Shown here: piece by piece, positions 48,939 to 58,629 of the stretch | Numbering within the stretch: position 1 is the stretch's first letter | Layout: every line of letters begins with the position of its first letter | Virus record (IMG/VR): IMGVR_UViG_3300010278_000003 | Length of the DNA: 64,000 nt | Source of the DNA: a virus | Direction: 5' to 3' (one strand) | Made by a program: the position numbers and the translations under genes | The notes under the pieces: generated by a model | What the model saw: only the letters and a program-made list of their open reading frames with translations | Database searches by the model: none | Told to the model about the DNA's origin: nothing

Positions 48939-49062
48939 TAATACTAATACAGATGATTATTTTGACAGGGTGTTAAAGAAAATTCGGAACATGTCTGATG
49001 AAGAAATTTCAGAATGCATAGCTGAAATAATTAATGACATACAATCAAACAAGGAGGAATGA
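48931..49062 (+). CDS. small hypothetical protein (43 aa)
   Basis: Not in the track. ATG after GGAGATAAAAGCA. Confidence 0.3.
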   Translation: MNDNTNTDDYFDRVLKKIRNMSDEEISECIAEIINDIQSNKEE

Positions 49063-49064
49063 TA

Positions 49065-49496
49065 TTGAAAATTTTTATTCTTACTGTAATTTTTATACTA
49101 TTACTTTTTAGAATCAAAAATACCCCTACTGCTATAAGTAAAACCATTTGGACAAAAAAGATGTTAAAAAATATTGAAGAAAATAAATTTCTAAGTATAG
49201 AACCATTTAAAGAAGAAGCCGTTAATTTAGCCTTTTTTATCATATTCCTTTTTGAACTACTTTTAATTATATTTTTTATCATAACAGGAAATTACATAGA
49301 TATAAAAATAATAACTATACTGACCGTGTTTAAAATAGTCATGTGTTTTTATTCGGGTCAGATAATAGCTGAGTGTTTAGGTAATATCTACAGCACGGAT
49401 ATTAATGATTTCAAATTTCATAGAGTTTATCACCTACTTAGCGTTATTTTAGATTATGTATATTATGTTTTAGTAATTTTAATATTACTAAAATAA
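49065..49496 (+). CDS. integral membrane protein (about 4 TM)
   Basis: TTG 49065, 6 nt after AGGAGG (the track ATG 49059 abuts the SD). Very AT-rich. Multiple hydrophobic helices. Confidence 0.45.
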   Translation: MKIFILTVIFILLLFRIKNTPTAISKTIWTKKMLKNIEENKFLSIEPFKEEAVNLAFFIIFLFELLLIIFFIITGNYIDIKIITILTVFKIVMCFYSGQIIAECLGNIYSTDINDFKFHRVYHLLSVILDYVYYVLVILILLK

Positions 49497-49522
49497 TAAA
49501 ACTATATATTAAATTTTAAGGA

Positions 49523-49744
49523 GTGATTTTTATTAATAGCAAGAAAGTTTTAGCAGGAATAGTTTCCGTATTATATTGCATTATTTGTTTAGTAATTTTT
49601 TGGTTTGTTAATGCTAAATTCGAATATGCTTACACTATACATATAGCAATTTCTTCGTGTGTAATTGGTGCAACAATAGCCGAAATAGCAAATAAGATTT
49701 ATAAAAAAAGTTTTAGAAAAAATAAACAAATAAGTAGGAGGTGA
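49523..49744 (+). CDS. small membrane protein (2 TM)
   Basis: The only canonical start, GTG 49523, abuts AAGGAG. ATT 49532 has a 9-nt spacer. Hydrophobic segments. Confidence 0.4.
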   Translation: MIFINSKKVLAGIVSVLYCIICLVIFWFVNAKFEYAYTIHIAISSCVIGATIAEIANKIYKKSFRKNKQISRR

Positions 49745-49748
49745 TCAT

Positions 49749-50063
49749 TTGGAGTGGTATGTATTTTACCATAATTTTAACGAAAGAAAAATTGAAAAAT
49801 TAAATATTTTTGATCATAGTAATTTTGCAGAAGATGTTAAAAAGTTAAAGAAAAAAGAAAACGATATTGACAAATTTGCAGAAGAACTGAGGTTAGATTT
49901 GTTTTATTATTTCTGCTCAAAATGCGAATACGAATTGGTTATCACACCTTGGATTGGTGAAGCGGAAGATATTAAAGTAGATGTTTATGGTCAGGTTATG
50001 CTTAATTTTGACAAGTTTTTAGATTATGTTTGGAATTTTAAAGAAAATAGGAGGAAAAATTAA
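49749..50063 (+). CDS. hypothetical protein
   Basis: TTG start 4 nt after AGGAGGTGA. Confidence 0.45.
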   Translation: MEWYVFYHNFNERKIEKLNIFDHSNFAEDVKKLKKKENDIDKFAEELRLDLFYYFCSKCEYELVITPWIGEAEDIKVDVYGQVMLNFDKFLDYVWNFKENRRKN

Positions 50064-50788
50064 TGAAAGTAACAGTAAAAAGTATTACAGGATTTTATGA
50101 AGCTTTTGTGTCTATGTTTCTGAGTAAAAGGACGTGGACACCAGAACTGGACAGAGAGATTTCAAGAGTTTGCGATTCTGTGTTGGAGAAGAATGGTGAT
50201 ATTAAATTTAATCCTAATATGTATGACTTAGAAAAATTTAATAAATGGCTTAGTATGCTGCTTCGTATGGGAAAGAAACATATCACTATACTAAGATATC
50301 TTGATATTACGATTATGACAGAAGAATTGCATAGAGCTGGACAGGATGATGTTGACTCACACGCTCGTAGATTTGACAATCGTATTATTAGAAATAGTAC
50401 AAGATTAGCAACATTTGAGGATGGAGAAGTTTCGGATTATTACAAAGGTAAAATTATTACTGATGGACAGGCTTGTAAAATTCTTGGATGTAATCTCCCA
50501 GACAGTATAGTACATAATGGCAAAAAATACGTTAAATCAACAAACGGCTATGTACTTGAAGAATATAAAGATAATAAAGATGTTAAACGTGGTCTTTATA
50601 TGTTAAGCATTCCTTGTAATTTTATTTCAAAAATTAATCTCTGTGAGTGGGGTCATGTATTTAAAGAACGCTGTGATGATGGTACTGCTAACCCCGAAGT
50701 AAAGAGATGGGCAGAAGAAGTTATGGCTCAGATTACAGATTTCCATAATCAGATTACAAGAGATTATGTGTTATCAATCGAAAATTAA
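50063..50788 (+). CDS. hypothetical protein (weak ThyX-like HR-x7-S-xx-R pattern)
   Basis: 241 aa. AATAGGAGGAAAAATTA RBS. LHRAGQDDVDSHARRF vaguely resembles the ThyX RHR…S.R motif. Not conclusive. Confidence 0.5.
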   Translation: MKVTVKSITGFYEAFVSMFLSKRTWTPELDREISRVCDSVLEKNGDIKFNPNMYDLEKFNKWLSMLLRMGKKHITILRYLDITIMTEELHRAGQDDVDSHARRFDNRIIRNSTRLATFEDGEVSDYYKGKIITDGQACKILGCNLPDSIVHNGKKYVKSTNGYVLEEYKDNKDVKRGLYMLSIPCNFISKINLCEWGHVFKERCDDGTANPEVKRWAEEVMAQITDFHNQITRDYVLSIEN

Positions 50789-50794
50789 AGCGAG

Positions 50795-51013
50795 GTGATT
50801 AATACGAGAAATCCAGATAGAATTGATATGTTTACATTAGAATTAAACAGAATATGGAAAAAATATTTTTGCGATTGGCGTTTTGGACAGTTTATGTCAA
50901 ATTTTTTAGGTTTTGTTGTAAGTCAAAAGAAACGAGATCCATTTTTCCCAGAAGAATTAGAAATGCTTACATATTTAAAAGAATATTGTGGAGAAATTGA
51001 ATGCAAGAATTAA
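50795..51013 (+). CDS. hypothetical protein
   Basis: 72-aa ORF. GCGAGGTGATTAAT RBS. Confidence 0.45.
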   Translation: MINTRNPDRIDMFTLELNRIWKKYFCDWRFGQFMSNFLGFVVSQKKRDPFFPEELEMLTYLKEYCGEIECKN

Positions 51014-51639
51014 TCAAATCAATATCATATGACCAATTGGAAATAATAAAATGGATATTAGAGTTACATGTAAAAAATCATAAAATAGATTGTGATCCAA
51101 CTTATAGTATAGGAAATTTTTATAAAAATACAGGTATTGATGAACCTTTGTATAAGTTTGATATAAATCCACAAAATGAAAAAGTTGTATATGGTGATAG
51201 TAGAAATTTACCGCTAAAAAATGAAAGTGTTGAATGTGAAATGTTTGATCCACCATTTTTAGCTACAACAGGAAAATCCTTATCAGAAAATAAAAAAGGT
51301 AATATCATCAATAAAAGATTTGGTGTATATCCATCCGAAAAAGAATTACATCAGTTCTATATTGATAGTATAAAAGAAAGTTATCGAATATTAAAAGATA
51401 ATGGAATATTGATTTTTAAATGCCAAGACAAAATAAGTTCTGGCAAACAATATATTAGTCATAATTTTATTATAAACGAAGCCACTAAAATTAGTTTTTA
51501 CACAAAAGATTTATTTATTCTGCTTGCAAAAAATAGAATAGTAGCAGATTGGCAATTAAAAAATCAGAAAAACGCAAGAAAATTTCATAGTTATTTTATA
51601 GTATTTCAAAAATGTAATAAAAGAATCGAATACATATAA
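51001..51639 (+). CDS. putative SAM-dependent methyltransferase (DPPF motif)
   Basis: Motif IV-like CEMFDPPF followed by YRILKDNGILIFKC. Possible degenerate motif I CDPTYSIGNF upstream. Small (212 aa). Confidence 0.45.
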   Translation: MQELIKSISYDQLEIIKWILELHVKNHKIDCDPTYSIGNFYKNTGIDEPLYKFDINPQNEKVVYGDSRNLPLKNESVECEMFDPPFLATTGKSLSENKKGNIINKRFGVYPSEKELHQFYIDSIKESYRILKDNGILIFKCQDKISSGKQYISHNFIINEATKISFYTKDLFILLAKNRIVADWQLKNQKNARKFHSYFIVFQKCNKRIEYI

Positions 51640-51650
51640 AAGGAGAATTG

Positions 51651-52946
51651 ATGGACAAAGTAATAAAGATATTTAAAAAAATTAAAGACACAAGTAGTTT
51701 AAACGAAAAGAAAACTATCATAAAAGAGAATAAAGATAATGAACTATTTAAAAAATGCTTAGTGTTTCTACTTGATGATAACATAGTTACAGGTATTAGT
51801 GATAGCAAGCTAAGGAAACTCGATGAAAAATATACGTTATTTAAAGCCACTTTAAGTTTAGAAACTTTCGAAGACGTTATGGAATATTTAAAAACACATA
51901 ACACAGGTAGAGATGAAGATATAGCTAATGTAAAGAAGTTTCTTTATGGAAAATGGATGGATGATGATAAATTTGAATTCTATTCTCAGATGATAACGAA
52001 GAAATATAAACTTGGCTGCGACAAAAAAGTAGTTAATAAAGTTATAACAGGACTAATACCTGAGTTTAACATAATGCTTGGAACAAGTATTGAGAAATGT
52101 AAGTTAAAGCCCAATGAGTCAATATCAATAAGCCAGAAACTTAATGGCTGTCGATGTGCTTGGATAGGCAATAAATGCATGACACGACAGGGCAAAGAAT
52201 ATAAAGGACTTGATCATATTATTAATGATTTAATAAATATGGGATACGAGAATATGTTTATTGACGGAGAACTATTATATAAAAACAAAGAAGGTTTATC
52301 TGATTCAGAAGCATTCCAGTTTGGTACAGGTTTGGCAAATAGCAAAGATGGAGATAAATCACAGTTAAAATTTGTAGTATTTGATATTTTCCCTTTAGAA
52401 GAATTTTATTCTGGCAAATCTAAATTATCCTATTTTAAAAGAAAACATATCTATTTAGAAGAATTAAAATCCAATCTTAAAAAATATCCAACAGAGAATA
52501 TAGAAATAGTACCAATATTTTATGAAGGAACTGATCATTATGAAATTTGGAAATGGTTAGAATACGCTGAACAGCATGACTATGAAGGTTGCATGGTAAA
52601 CCTTGATGTACCTTACGAATGTAAGCGTACTAAAAATCTCATAAAAGTAAAACAGTTTTATACATATGATTTAAAGATTGTTGGCTACGAAGAAGGAGAA
52701 GGGCGTAATAAAGGTACTCTCGGTTCTTTCATAGTTGAATACAAAGACAATACTGTAAAAGTAGGTAGTGGATATTCTGATTCAGAACGCAAAAACTTTT
52801 GGAAAAATAGAGAAGATTATATAGGAAGAATTATTGAGGTGAAATATAAAGAAATCTCTAAGGATAAAAACACTGGCAAAGAAAGTCTTCAGTTTCCAAT
52901 TTTTGTTGGACTTAGAGATATAGGAAAGGAAGTTAGTTACGATTGA
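51651..52946 (+). CDS. ATP-dependent DNA ligase
   Basis: Motif I KLNGCR (KxDGxR variant), FIDGELLY, EGCMV, LIKVK. Confidence 0.7.
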   Translation: MDKVIKIFKKIKDTSSLNEKKTIIKENKDNELFKKCLVFLLDDNIVTGISDSKLRKLDEKYTLFKATLSLETFEDVMEYLKTHNTGRDEDIANVKKFLYGKWMDDDKFEFYSQMITKKYKLGCDKKVVNKVITGLIPEFNIMLGTSIEKCKLKPNESISISQKLNGCRCAWIGNKCMTRQGKEYKGLDHIINDLINMGYENMFIDGELLYKNKEGLSDSEAFQFGTGLANSKDGDKSQLKFVVFDIFPLEEFYSGKSKLSYFKRKHIYLEELKSNLKKYPTENIEIVPIFYEGTDHYEIWKWLEYAEQHDYEGCMVNLDVPYECKRTKNLIKVKQFYTYDLKIVGYEEGEGRNKGTLGSFIVEYKDNTVKVGSGYSDSERKNFWKNREDYIGRIIEVKYKEISKDKNTGKESLQFPIFVGLRDIGKEVSYD

Positions 52947-53551
52947 AATTAAAACATATTAAAACAGCAATTCTATTAACAGGGGCAACTATTATATCTT
53001 GCCTATCATGTAACGGAGTATATGCTTATGCACAGGAATCAAGTATGGAAGATTTAATTAAAACAAATCAGGAATTATTACAACAGAATGAAGAACTAAA
53101 ATCAGAGAATAAACGATTACATAATATGATTTCGCAGTATTCCATTGCTCTTCGAGGCATTAATCTTGAAGTTGAAGAAACTAAAGCTACAACCAATGTA
53201 CTTGAAGAATCAATATCTGATATGGAAGAGATTATTGAAAATGAAAATTATATGCGAGATATTGGAACGTTTACACTTACATATTATTGCAAAGAACCTG
53301 GTTGTAGAATTTGTGGAGGTGGAGGAAAAACAGCATCGGGAACTCAGGTAACTCCCGGAAGATCTGTTGCTGTTGACCCAAAAGTTATTCCACTTGGAAC
53401 AAAAATATATATAGATGGATTAGGTTATAGAATTGCAGAAGATACTGGTGGAGCTGTAAAAGGTAACAAGATTGATGTTAATGTAAATACTCATGCAGAA
53501 GCATTACAGCTTGGTCGTACACACAATGTAAAAGTTTGGATTGTAGAATAA
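52943..53551 (+). CDS. secreted 3D-domain protein (MltA/YuiC-like peptidoglycan-binding or lytic)
   Basis: Signal peptide MKLKHIKTAILLTGATIISCLSCNGVYA, a coiled coil, then a C-terminal 3D-domain-like TYYC…GKTASG…VAVDPKVIPLGTKIYI…AEDTGGA. Confidence 0.5.
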   Translation: MKLKHIKTAILLTGATIISCLSCNGVYAYAQESSMEDLIKTNQELLQQNEELKSENKRLHNMISQYSIALRGINLEVEETKATTNVLEESISDMEEIIENENYMRDIGTFTLTYYCKEPGCRICGGGGKTASGTQVTPGRSVAVDPKVIPLGTKIYIDGLGYRIAEDTGGAVKGNKIDVNVNTHAEALQLGRTHNVKVWIVE

Positions 53552-53565
53552 TTTAGGAGGATATT

Positions 53566-53700
53566 ATGGAGAAAAGAATTATTGATGCTAAAACAGCAAC
53601 CCTTGCCGACTGCGAAGAATTATATTCATATGGAATTATCACAAAAATAGACAATGGACAGATTACTAAGTTTGAGCTGGGAGATGACGAATCAATTTGA
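53566..53700 (+). CDS. small hypothetical protein (44 aa)
   Basis: Not in the track. ATG after TAGGAGGATATT. Confidence 0.35.
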   Translation: MEKRIIDAKTATLADCEELYSYGIITKIDNGQITKFELGDDESI

Positions 53701-53894
53701 TAACAAGTAAATCAGCATTAGAGAGGGAGTTAAGACATTTAGATGATAATTTCATAACAGTGATAATTGAAGATAAAGAATATATTATAGAAAATATTGT
53801 TCATTTAAAAACTCATGGTGACAATGATTATACAACACATCTTGCTTTAAAAGTAGTACCTACTGAAGAAGGTTGTCTGCTTATGAGAAGATAA
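53697..53894 (+). CDS. hypothetical protein
   Basis: 65-aa ORF with a TTG start. Confidence 0.35.
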   Translation: MITSKSALERELRHLDDNFITVIIEDKEYIIENIVHLKTHGDNDYTTHLALKVVPTEEGCLLMRR

Positions 53895-53910
53895 AAACAA
53901 AGAAAGATAG

Positions 53911-54489
53911 GTGGTAAAAACGAAAGATAAAAAAAGAGTAATATGCCTGATCGGTGAATCAGGCAGCGGAAAAGATTATATAGCAAGTATATTAAATATT
54001 TGTTATGGGTTAATTCCTTTAAAATCTTATACAACTCGTAAACCTCGTTACAAAGACGAAAATACCCATATTTTTATTTCCAATTCAGAAGTCGAAAATT
54101 ATCCCAATAAAATTGCAATAACATTATTTGATAACAATGTTTATTTTGCTACATCAGAACAATTAGATAAAAGCGATGTCTATATTATTGATGTTGACGG
54201 AGTTAATTATCTTAAATCTCATTACAATGGCAATAAAGAAGTAATTACAATTTATTTAAAAACAAGTAGGTCTAGAAGGTTTATAAGACTCTGTAAAAGA
54301 GATGGTTTTTTAAAAGCAATACATAGAATACGACATGATACTTATGCTTTTAGAAATGTATACGATGTTGCGGATTATATTGTTTCTAATAACGGTAATC
54401 CATATTGGGCTGCAATTACTATAACAGAGTTATTCTACAATTTAATAAAAGGAGATGATTTAGATAAATATAAGAACAAAAAAAGATAA
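53911..54489 (+). CDS. guanylate kinase-like P-loop nucleotide kinase
   Basis: P-loop GESGSGKD and the guanylate-kinase motif SYTTRKPRYKDE. Confidence 0.6.
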   Translation: MVKTKDKKRVICLIGESGSGKDYIASILNICYGLIPLKSYTTRKPRYKDENTHIFISNSEVENYPNKIAITLFDNNVYFATSEQLDKSDVYIIDVDGVNYLKSHYNGNKEVITIYLKTSRSRRFIRLCKRDGFLKAIHRIRHDTYAFRNVYDVADYIVSNNGNPYWAAITITELFYNLIKGDDLDKYKNKKR

Positions 54490-54925
54490 ATTTATTTATA
54501 TATCCCATGCATTTGGTGGGAAAAATAAGAATGTAGTAAGTGTATCAAATATTATTATTGCTCTACATGAGAAATATCCTGATTATTCGTTTGTAAGTCC
54601 AATAAATAACTATGGCATGTTATATGCCAAGACAGACTACATAGAGGGATTAAGTATGTGTCTTAAATTATTAGACATCTGCGATGAAATGTGGGTGTTT
54701 GGTAATGAATTGTCCACTGGTGTTAGAGCTGAAATTGCATATTGTGAAAACAATCATATTCCTTATAAATTAATTGGAAATTTTGAAGAATATCCAATAA
54801 GAAAAGTTTGCAATAAGGATTGCTGTGATATAGATTGTTTAAATTGTGATTTTGAAGATGCTGATGACGAAGGTATTAGTTGCTGGTTAAAAAGTAAAAA
54901 ATTAAAAGGGGAGAATGTTTTTTGA
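54464..54925 (+). CDS. nucleoside 2-deoxyribosyltransferase-like (NDT/DUF4406-like) protein; start upstream of first ATG 54617
   Basis: KFIYISHAFGG…VSP…LLDICDEMWVFGNELSTGVRAEIAYCENNHIPY matches the NDT-like pattern. The conserved N-terminal core lies before the first ATG. The frame opens at 54464 (ATA) after AAAGGAGATGA. Confidence 0.5.
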   Translation: MNIRTKKDKFIYISHAFGGKNKNVVSVSNIIIALHEKYPDYSFVSPINNYGMLYAKTDYIEGLSMCLKLLDICDEMWVFGNELSTGVRAEIAYCENNHIPYKLIGNFEEYPIRKVCNKDCCDIDCLNCDFEDADDEGISCWLKSKKLKGENVF

Positions 54926-55617
54926 AGGTAATTAAAAAAGATGGAACTTTAGAAGAATATAATGAACAAAAAATTATAGATGCTTGTAATAAAGCTGCAA
55001 GACGTGCTATGTTCGAATTGACGTGTGATGATTATACAAAAATTGTAAACGATGTTTGGGAGATAATTTGTGAAAATTATGATGAAGATACAGATATTGA
55101 AATTTACGACATGCATAACATTGTAGAATCTGTTTTGGAAGAAGATTTTCCAACGGTTGCAAAAATGTATAAAGAATATAGAAACTACAAAAAAGACTTT
55201 GTACACATGATGGACAAGGTATACGAACGCAGTCAGTCTATTAGATATATTGGAGATAAAAGTAACGCTAATACAGACTCGGCATTGGTAGCAACAAAAA
55301 GAAGTCTCATTTATAACGAACTAAGTGGAGAGTTATATAAAAAATTCTTTTTAACACATGATGAAAAACAGGCTGCAAAAGATGGATATATCTATATTCA
55401 TGATAGAAGTGCAAGACTCGATACATTTAATTGTGATTTGTTTAGAGTAGGCGAAGTTATGAAGGGCGGTTTTGAAATGGGTAATATTTGGTACAATGAA
55501 CCAAATTATCTTGATACTGCTTTTGATGTAATGGGAGATATTATTCTTTCAACAGCCGCACAACAGTACGGTAAAAATCATCCGACTGCCGTACTTGAAA
55601 ACCTTGTGAACGCCTAA
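54922..55617 (+). CDS. nrdD: anaerobic ribonucleoside-triphosphate reductase NrdD, exon 1 (ATP-cone N-terminus)
   Basis: MKVIKKDGTLEEYNEQKI ATP-cone start. The ORF ends shortly after entering an intron-like region. Confidence 0.6.
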   Translation: MKVIKKDGTLEEYNEQKIIDACNKAARRAMFELTCDDYTKIVNDVWEIICENYDEDTDIEIYDMHNIVESVLEEDFPTVAKMYKEYRNYKKDFVHMMDKVYERSQSIRYIGDKSNANTDSALVATKRSLIYNELSGELYKKFFLTHDEKQAAKDGYIYIHDRSARLDTFNCDLFRVGEVMKGGFEMGNIWYNEPNYLDTAFDVMGDIILSTAAQQYGKNHPTAVLENLVNA

Positions 55618-56481
55618 ATGGGCGGTGTGGTCGTACAGACTGCTAACACTGAAGCTTTTAATTAAGTAACGGTGTGCCAAGCATATAAATCTTCTATATT
55701 AGCAAGGAGTTGTTTTTATAGAAGAAATTTATATGAAGGTTCAGAGACTAACTACAAAAATAAACTTCACAAACAGTGTAAGGAGAAGATAATGGACAAA
55801 ATAACAAAAAAATCAAGAAATTTAGCTTTAGCAATGTGTTTAGGGGATGGAAGTATAAATAAAAACTCACCTTATTTGGCAATAAGACATTGCAAAAAAC
55901 AATTAGAATATTTAGAGTGGAAAAGAAAATTATTAAAACATTATGGATTCAGTTGTAGTGACATATATTATGTTGATAATAATGGTTATGGTGCTTATGA
56001 ATTTAGAACACATGCATGTAATTCATTAATATCGGTTAGAAATTGTTTATATAAAAGTGATATAAAAACATTTTCATTAAAAGCATTAAAAAAGATAGAT
56101 GAATTAGGGTTAGCAATTTGGTATTTAGATGATGGAAGTATTTCTACAACTAAGAAAAAAAGTGTTCTAACAATATCCACTTGTATTTCAAAAGAAGAAA
56201 ATCAAATAATTATTGATTTTATTTATGATAGGTTTGGCGTAAAATTTGGTCAAAGAAAAATGCGAAATCATTATTCTTTGATTTGTGGCACAAAAGAGGC
56301 TAGGAAATTTATAGCAATAGTTAAACCTTATATAAATGAAATAGAATGTATGAAATATAAATTGAATGTTAAACCATTATCAAATCGTGTGGCATAATAG
56401 TAATTATTATGGTAGGTATATAGGTGAAATTCCTGTACCGAAGCGCAAGGCAATGATTAACAATCATTGAAGAAATAGTGC
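55618..56481 (+). other. Group I intron in nrdD carrying a LAGLIDADG homing endonuclease gene; boundaries approximate
   Basis: GGTTCAGAGACTA (55738..55750) matches the group I R element GTTCAGAGACTA. There is a non-coding GC-richer stretch. The flanking ORFs are the N- and C-terminal parts of NrdD. Confidence 0.6.
55792..56397 (+). CDS. LAGLIDADG homing endonuclease, intron-encoded
   Basis: Two LAGLIDADG motifs, LALAMCLGDGSI and LAIWYLDDGSIS. ATG 55792 after AAGGAGAAG. The track start 55672 overlaps the intron core. Confidence 0.7.
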   Translation: MDKITKKSRNLALAMCLGDGSINKNSPYLAIRHCKKQLEYLEWKRKLLKHYGFSCSDIYYVDNNGYGAYEFRTHACNSLISVRNCLYKSDIKTFSLKALKKIDELGLAIWYLDDGSISTTKKKSVLTISTCISKEENQIIIDFIYDRFGVKFGQRKMRNHYSLICGTKEARKFIAIVKPYINEIECMKYKLNVKPLSNRVA

Positions 56482-58038
56482 ATGTATGATGAAAAATCAT
56501 ACTTGGGTTTTACAGTTCCAGAAGTAGATAAAATTCTTGAACCATATGCAGAGAAATCATATGAAAAATATAAAGATGAATTTTTTAATACTATTAATGT
56601 AATAGAAGCAGCAGATGGAGTGTACCTTGACACGTTAAGCAATGTTAATTTTGAAAAAGAAGCCGATGAATATGCTGTGAATAAGGTTCAGCGAGACTTT
56701 GAACAGGGATGGCAAGGCATCGAAATGAAGTTAAATTCTGTCGGATCAAGCCGAGGTGACTATCCTTTTGTTACGATGACACTTGGATTAGCAACATCCA
56801 AGTTCGGCAAAATGGCAGCTATTTCACTTCTTAAAGTTCATTCTGAAGGACAGGGGAAGAATGGATTCAAACGACCTGTATTATTTCCAAAGATTGTATT
56901 TTTATATGATAAAAAACTTCATGGTGATGGCTCAGACAAATATCCAAGTGCGGATGTATTTAATGCAGGAATAGATTGTAGCAGTAAAACGATGTATCCT
57001 GATTGGTTATCATTAACTGGCGAAGGATATGTTTCAGAAATGTATAAGAAATATGGACGAGTAGTTAGTCCAATGGGATGTAGAGCATTTCTTTCACCTT
57101 GGTATGAAAAAGGTGGTATGTATCCAGTAGACGAAAATGATAAACCAATATTTGAAGGGCGTTTCAATCTTGGTGTTGTTTCTCTTCATCTTCCTATGAT
57201 TCTTGCAAAGGCTCGTAGGGAGTCTAAAGATTTCTATGAGGTTCTTGATTATTATCTTGAGTTAATTCGTGGACTACATAAAAGAACATATGATTATATT
57301 GGTGAATTAAGAGCAAGCGTAAATCCAGTTGCTTTTTGTGAAGGTGGTTTACTTGGCGGTAATTTAAAACCGACAGAAAAAATTAAATCAATTCTTCCAC
57401 CAATGACTATGAGCTATGGTATTACTGCATTGAACGAATTGCAAAGACTTTATAATGGCAAATCTATTCGTGAAGACGGACAATTTGCATTAGAAGTTAT
57501 GCGATATATCAACGATTATACAAATCGAATTAAAGAGGAAGATCATATTTTATATGCAATTTACGGTACTCCTGCTGAATCGCTGTGTGGTCTTCAGATT
57601 GAACAGTTCCGCAAAATTTATGGAATCATTGAAAATGTATCTGACAAGCCTTATGTAAGTAATTCGTTCCATTGTCATGTATCAGAGCAGATGTCACCTA
57701 TTGAAAAACAGGATAAAGAAGGACGTTTCTGGAATTTATTTAATGGTGGGAAAATTCAGTATTGCAGATACAATCTAGGATACAACAAAGAAGCTATTAA
57801 AACACTCATTCTTCGAGCAATGGATAAAGGTTTTTATGAAGGAGTAAATCTTGCTATGTGCTACTGTGAAGATTGCGGATACCAGCAAGTAGAAATGGAT
57901 GTATGTCCTAAATGTGGAAGTAGCATGATTACAAAAATTGATAGAATGAATGGTTATTTGGGATTTACAAGAGTGCATGGGGAGACAAGATATAATGAGG
58001 CTAAAAATGCAGAAATTGCAGACAGGGTATCAATGTAA
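56482..58038 (+). CDS. nrdD: anaerobic ribonucleoside-triphosphate reductase NrdD, exon 2 (catalytic and glycyl-radical domain)
   Basis: C-terminal Zn site CEDCGYQ…CPKCGS and the glycyl-radical motif RMNGYLGFT. The frame is open from 56479. Confidence 0.7.
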   Translation: MYDEKSYLGFTVPEVDKILEPYAEKSYEKYKDEFFNTINVIEAADGVYLDTLSNVNFEKEADEYAVNKVQRDFEQGWQGIEMKLNSVGSSRGDYPFVTMTLGLATSKFGKMAAISLLKVHSEGQGKNGFKRPVLFPKIVFLYDKKLHGDGSDKYPSADVFNAGIDCSSKTMYPDWLSLTGEGYVSEMYKKYGRVVSPMGCRAFLSPWYEKGGMYPVDENDKPIFEGRFNLGVVSLHLPMILAKARRESKDFYEVLDYYLELIRGLHKRTYDYIGELRASVNPVAFCEGGLLGGNLKPTEKIKSILPPMTMSYGITALNELQRLYNGKSIREDGQFALEVMRYINDYTNRIKEEDHILYAIYGTPAESLCGLQIEQFRKIYGIIENVSDKPYVSNSFHCHVSEQMSPIEKQDKEGRFWNLFNGGKIQYCRYNLGYNKEAIKTLILRAMDKGFYEGVNLAMCYCEDCGYQQVEMDVCPKCGSSMITKIDRMNGYLGFTRVHGETRYNEAKNAEIADRVSM

Positions 58039-58043
58039 GGAGT

Positions 58044-58601
58044 GTGATTTATATTAATTACCATAATATTACACATGACGATATGAATAACGGTGATGGT
58101 CTAAGAGTCGTACTATGGCTCTCAGGCTGTTCCCATCATTGTTACAATTGTCAAAACCCTCAAACTTGGAATCCTAATGGTGGAATTCAATTTGACAAGA
58201 CTGCAAAAAAAGAAATATTTACAGAATTATCTAAAGACTATATTTCAGGAATTACATTTAGCGGAGGAGATCCCCTATATGAAAATAATCTTGATGACGT
58301 TTTATTTCTAATTAAAGAAATCCGTAAGCTGTTCCCAAATAAAACAATCTGGCTTTATACAGGCTATACATTAGATTATATTATAGATGGTATAGGGCAT
58401 GATGGAAAAGGTACATTTTTCTTTACAGAAAATGATAAAAAACGTTATGAGATAATTTCCAATACAGATATTCTTGTAGATGGAGAATATATAGATGAGC
58501 AAAGAGATATAACAAAAAAATGGGCTGGTTCAAAAAACCAGAGAGTTATAGATGTAAAGCAATCAATAAAAAACAATAAGATTATATTATATTGTGATTA
58601 A
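58044..58601 (+). CDS. nrdG: anaerobic ribonucleotide reductase activating protein NrdG (radical SAM)
   Basis: NGDGLRVVLWLSGCSHHCYNCQN (CX3CX2C) aligns with the T4 NrdG N-terminus. Lies directly downstream of nrdD. Confidence 0.7.
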   Translation: MIYINYHNITHDDMNNGDGLRVVLWLSGCSHHCYNCQNPQTWNPNGGIQFDKTAKKEIFTELSKDYISGITFSGGDPLYENNLDDVLFLIKEIRKLFPNKTIWLYTGYTLDYIIDGIGHDGKGTFFFTENDKKRYEIISNTDILVDGEYIDEQRDITKKWAGSKNQRVIDVKQSIKNNKIILYCD

Positions 58602-58629
58602 ATCAAACAAAGAAAGGATTAAATACATA

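Noticed and set aside
55672-55791. GTG 55672 as the start of the LAGLIDADG ORF
   Set aside because: It would make the ORF run through the intron catalytic core (R element). ATG 55792 with an AAGGAGAAG RBS is preferred.
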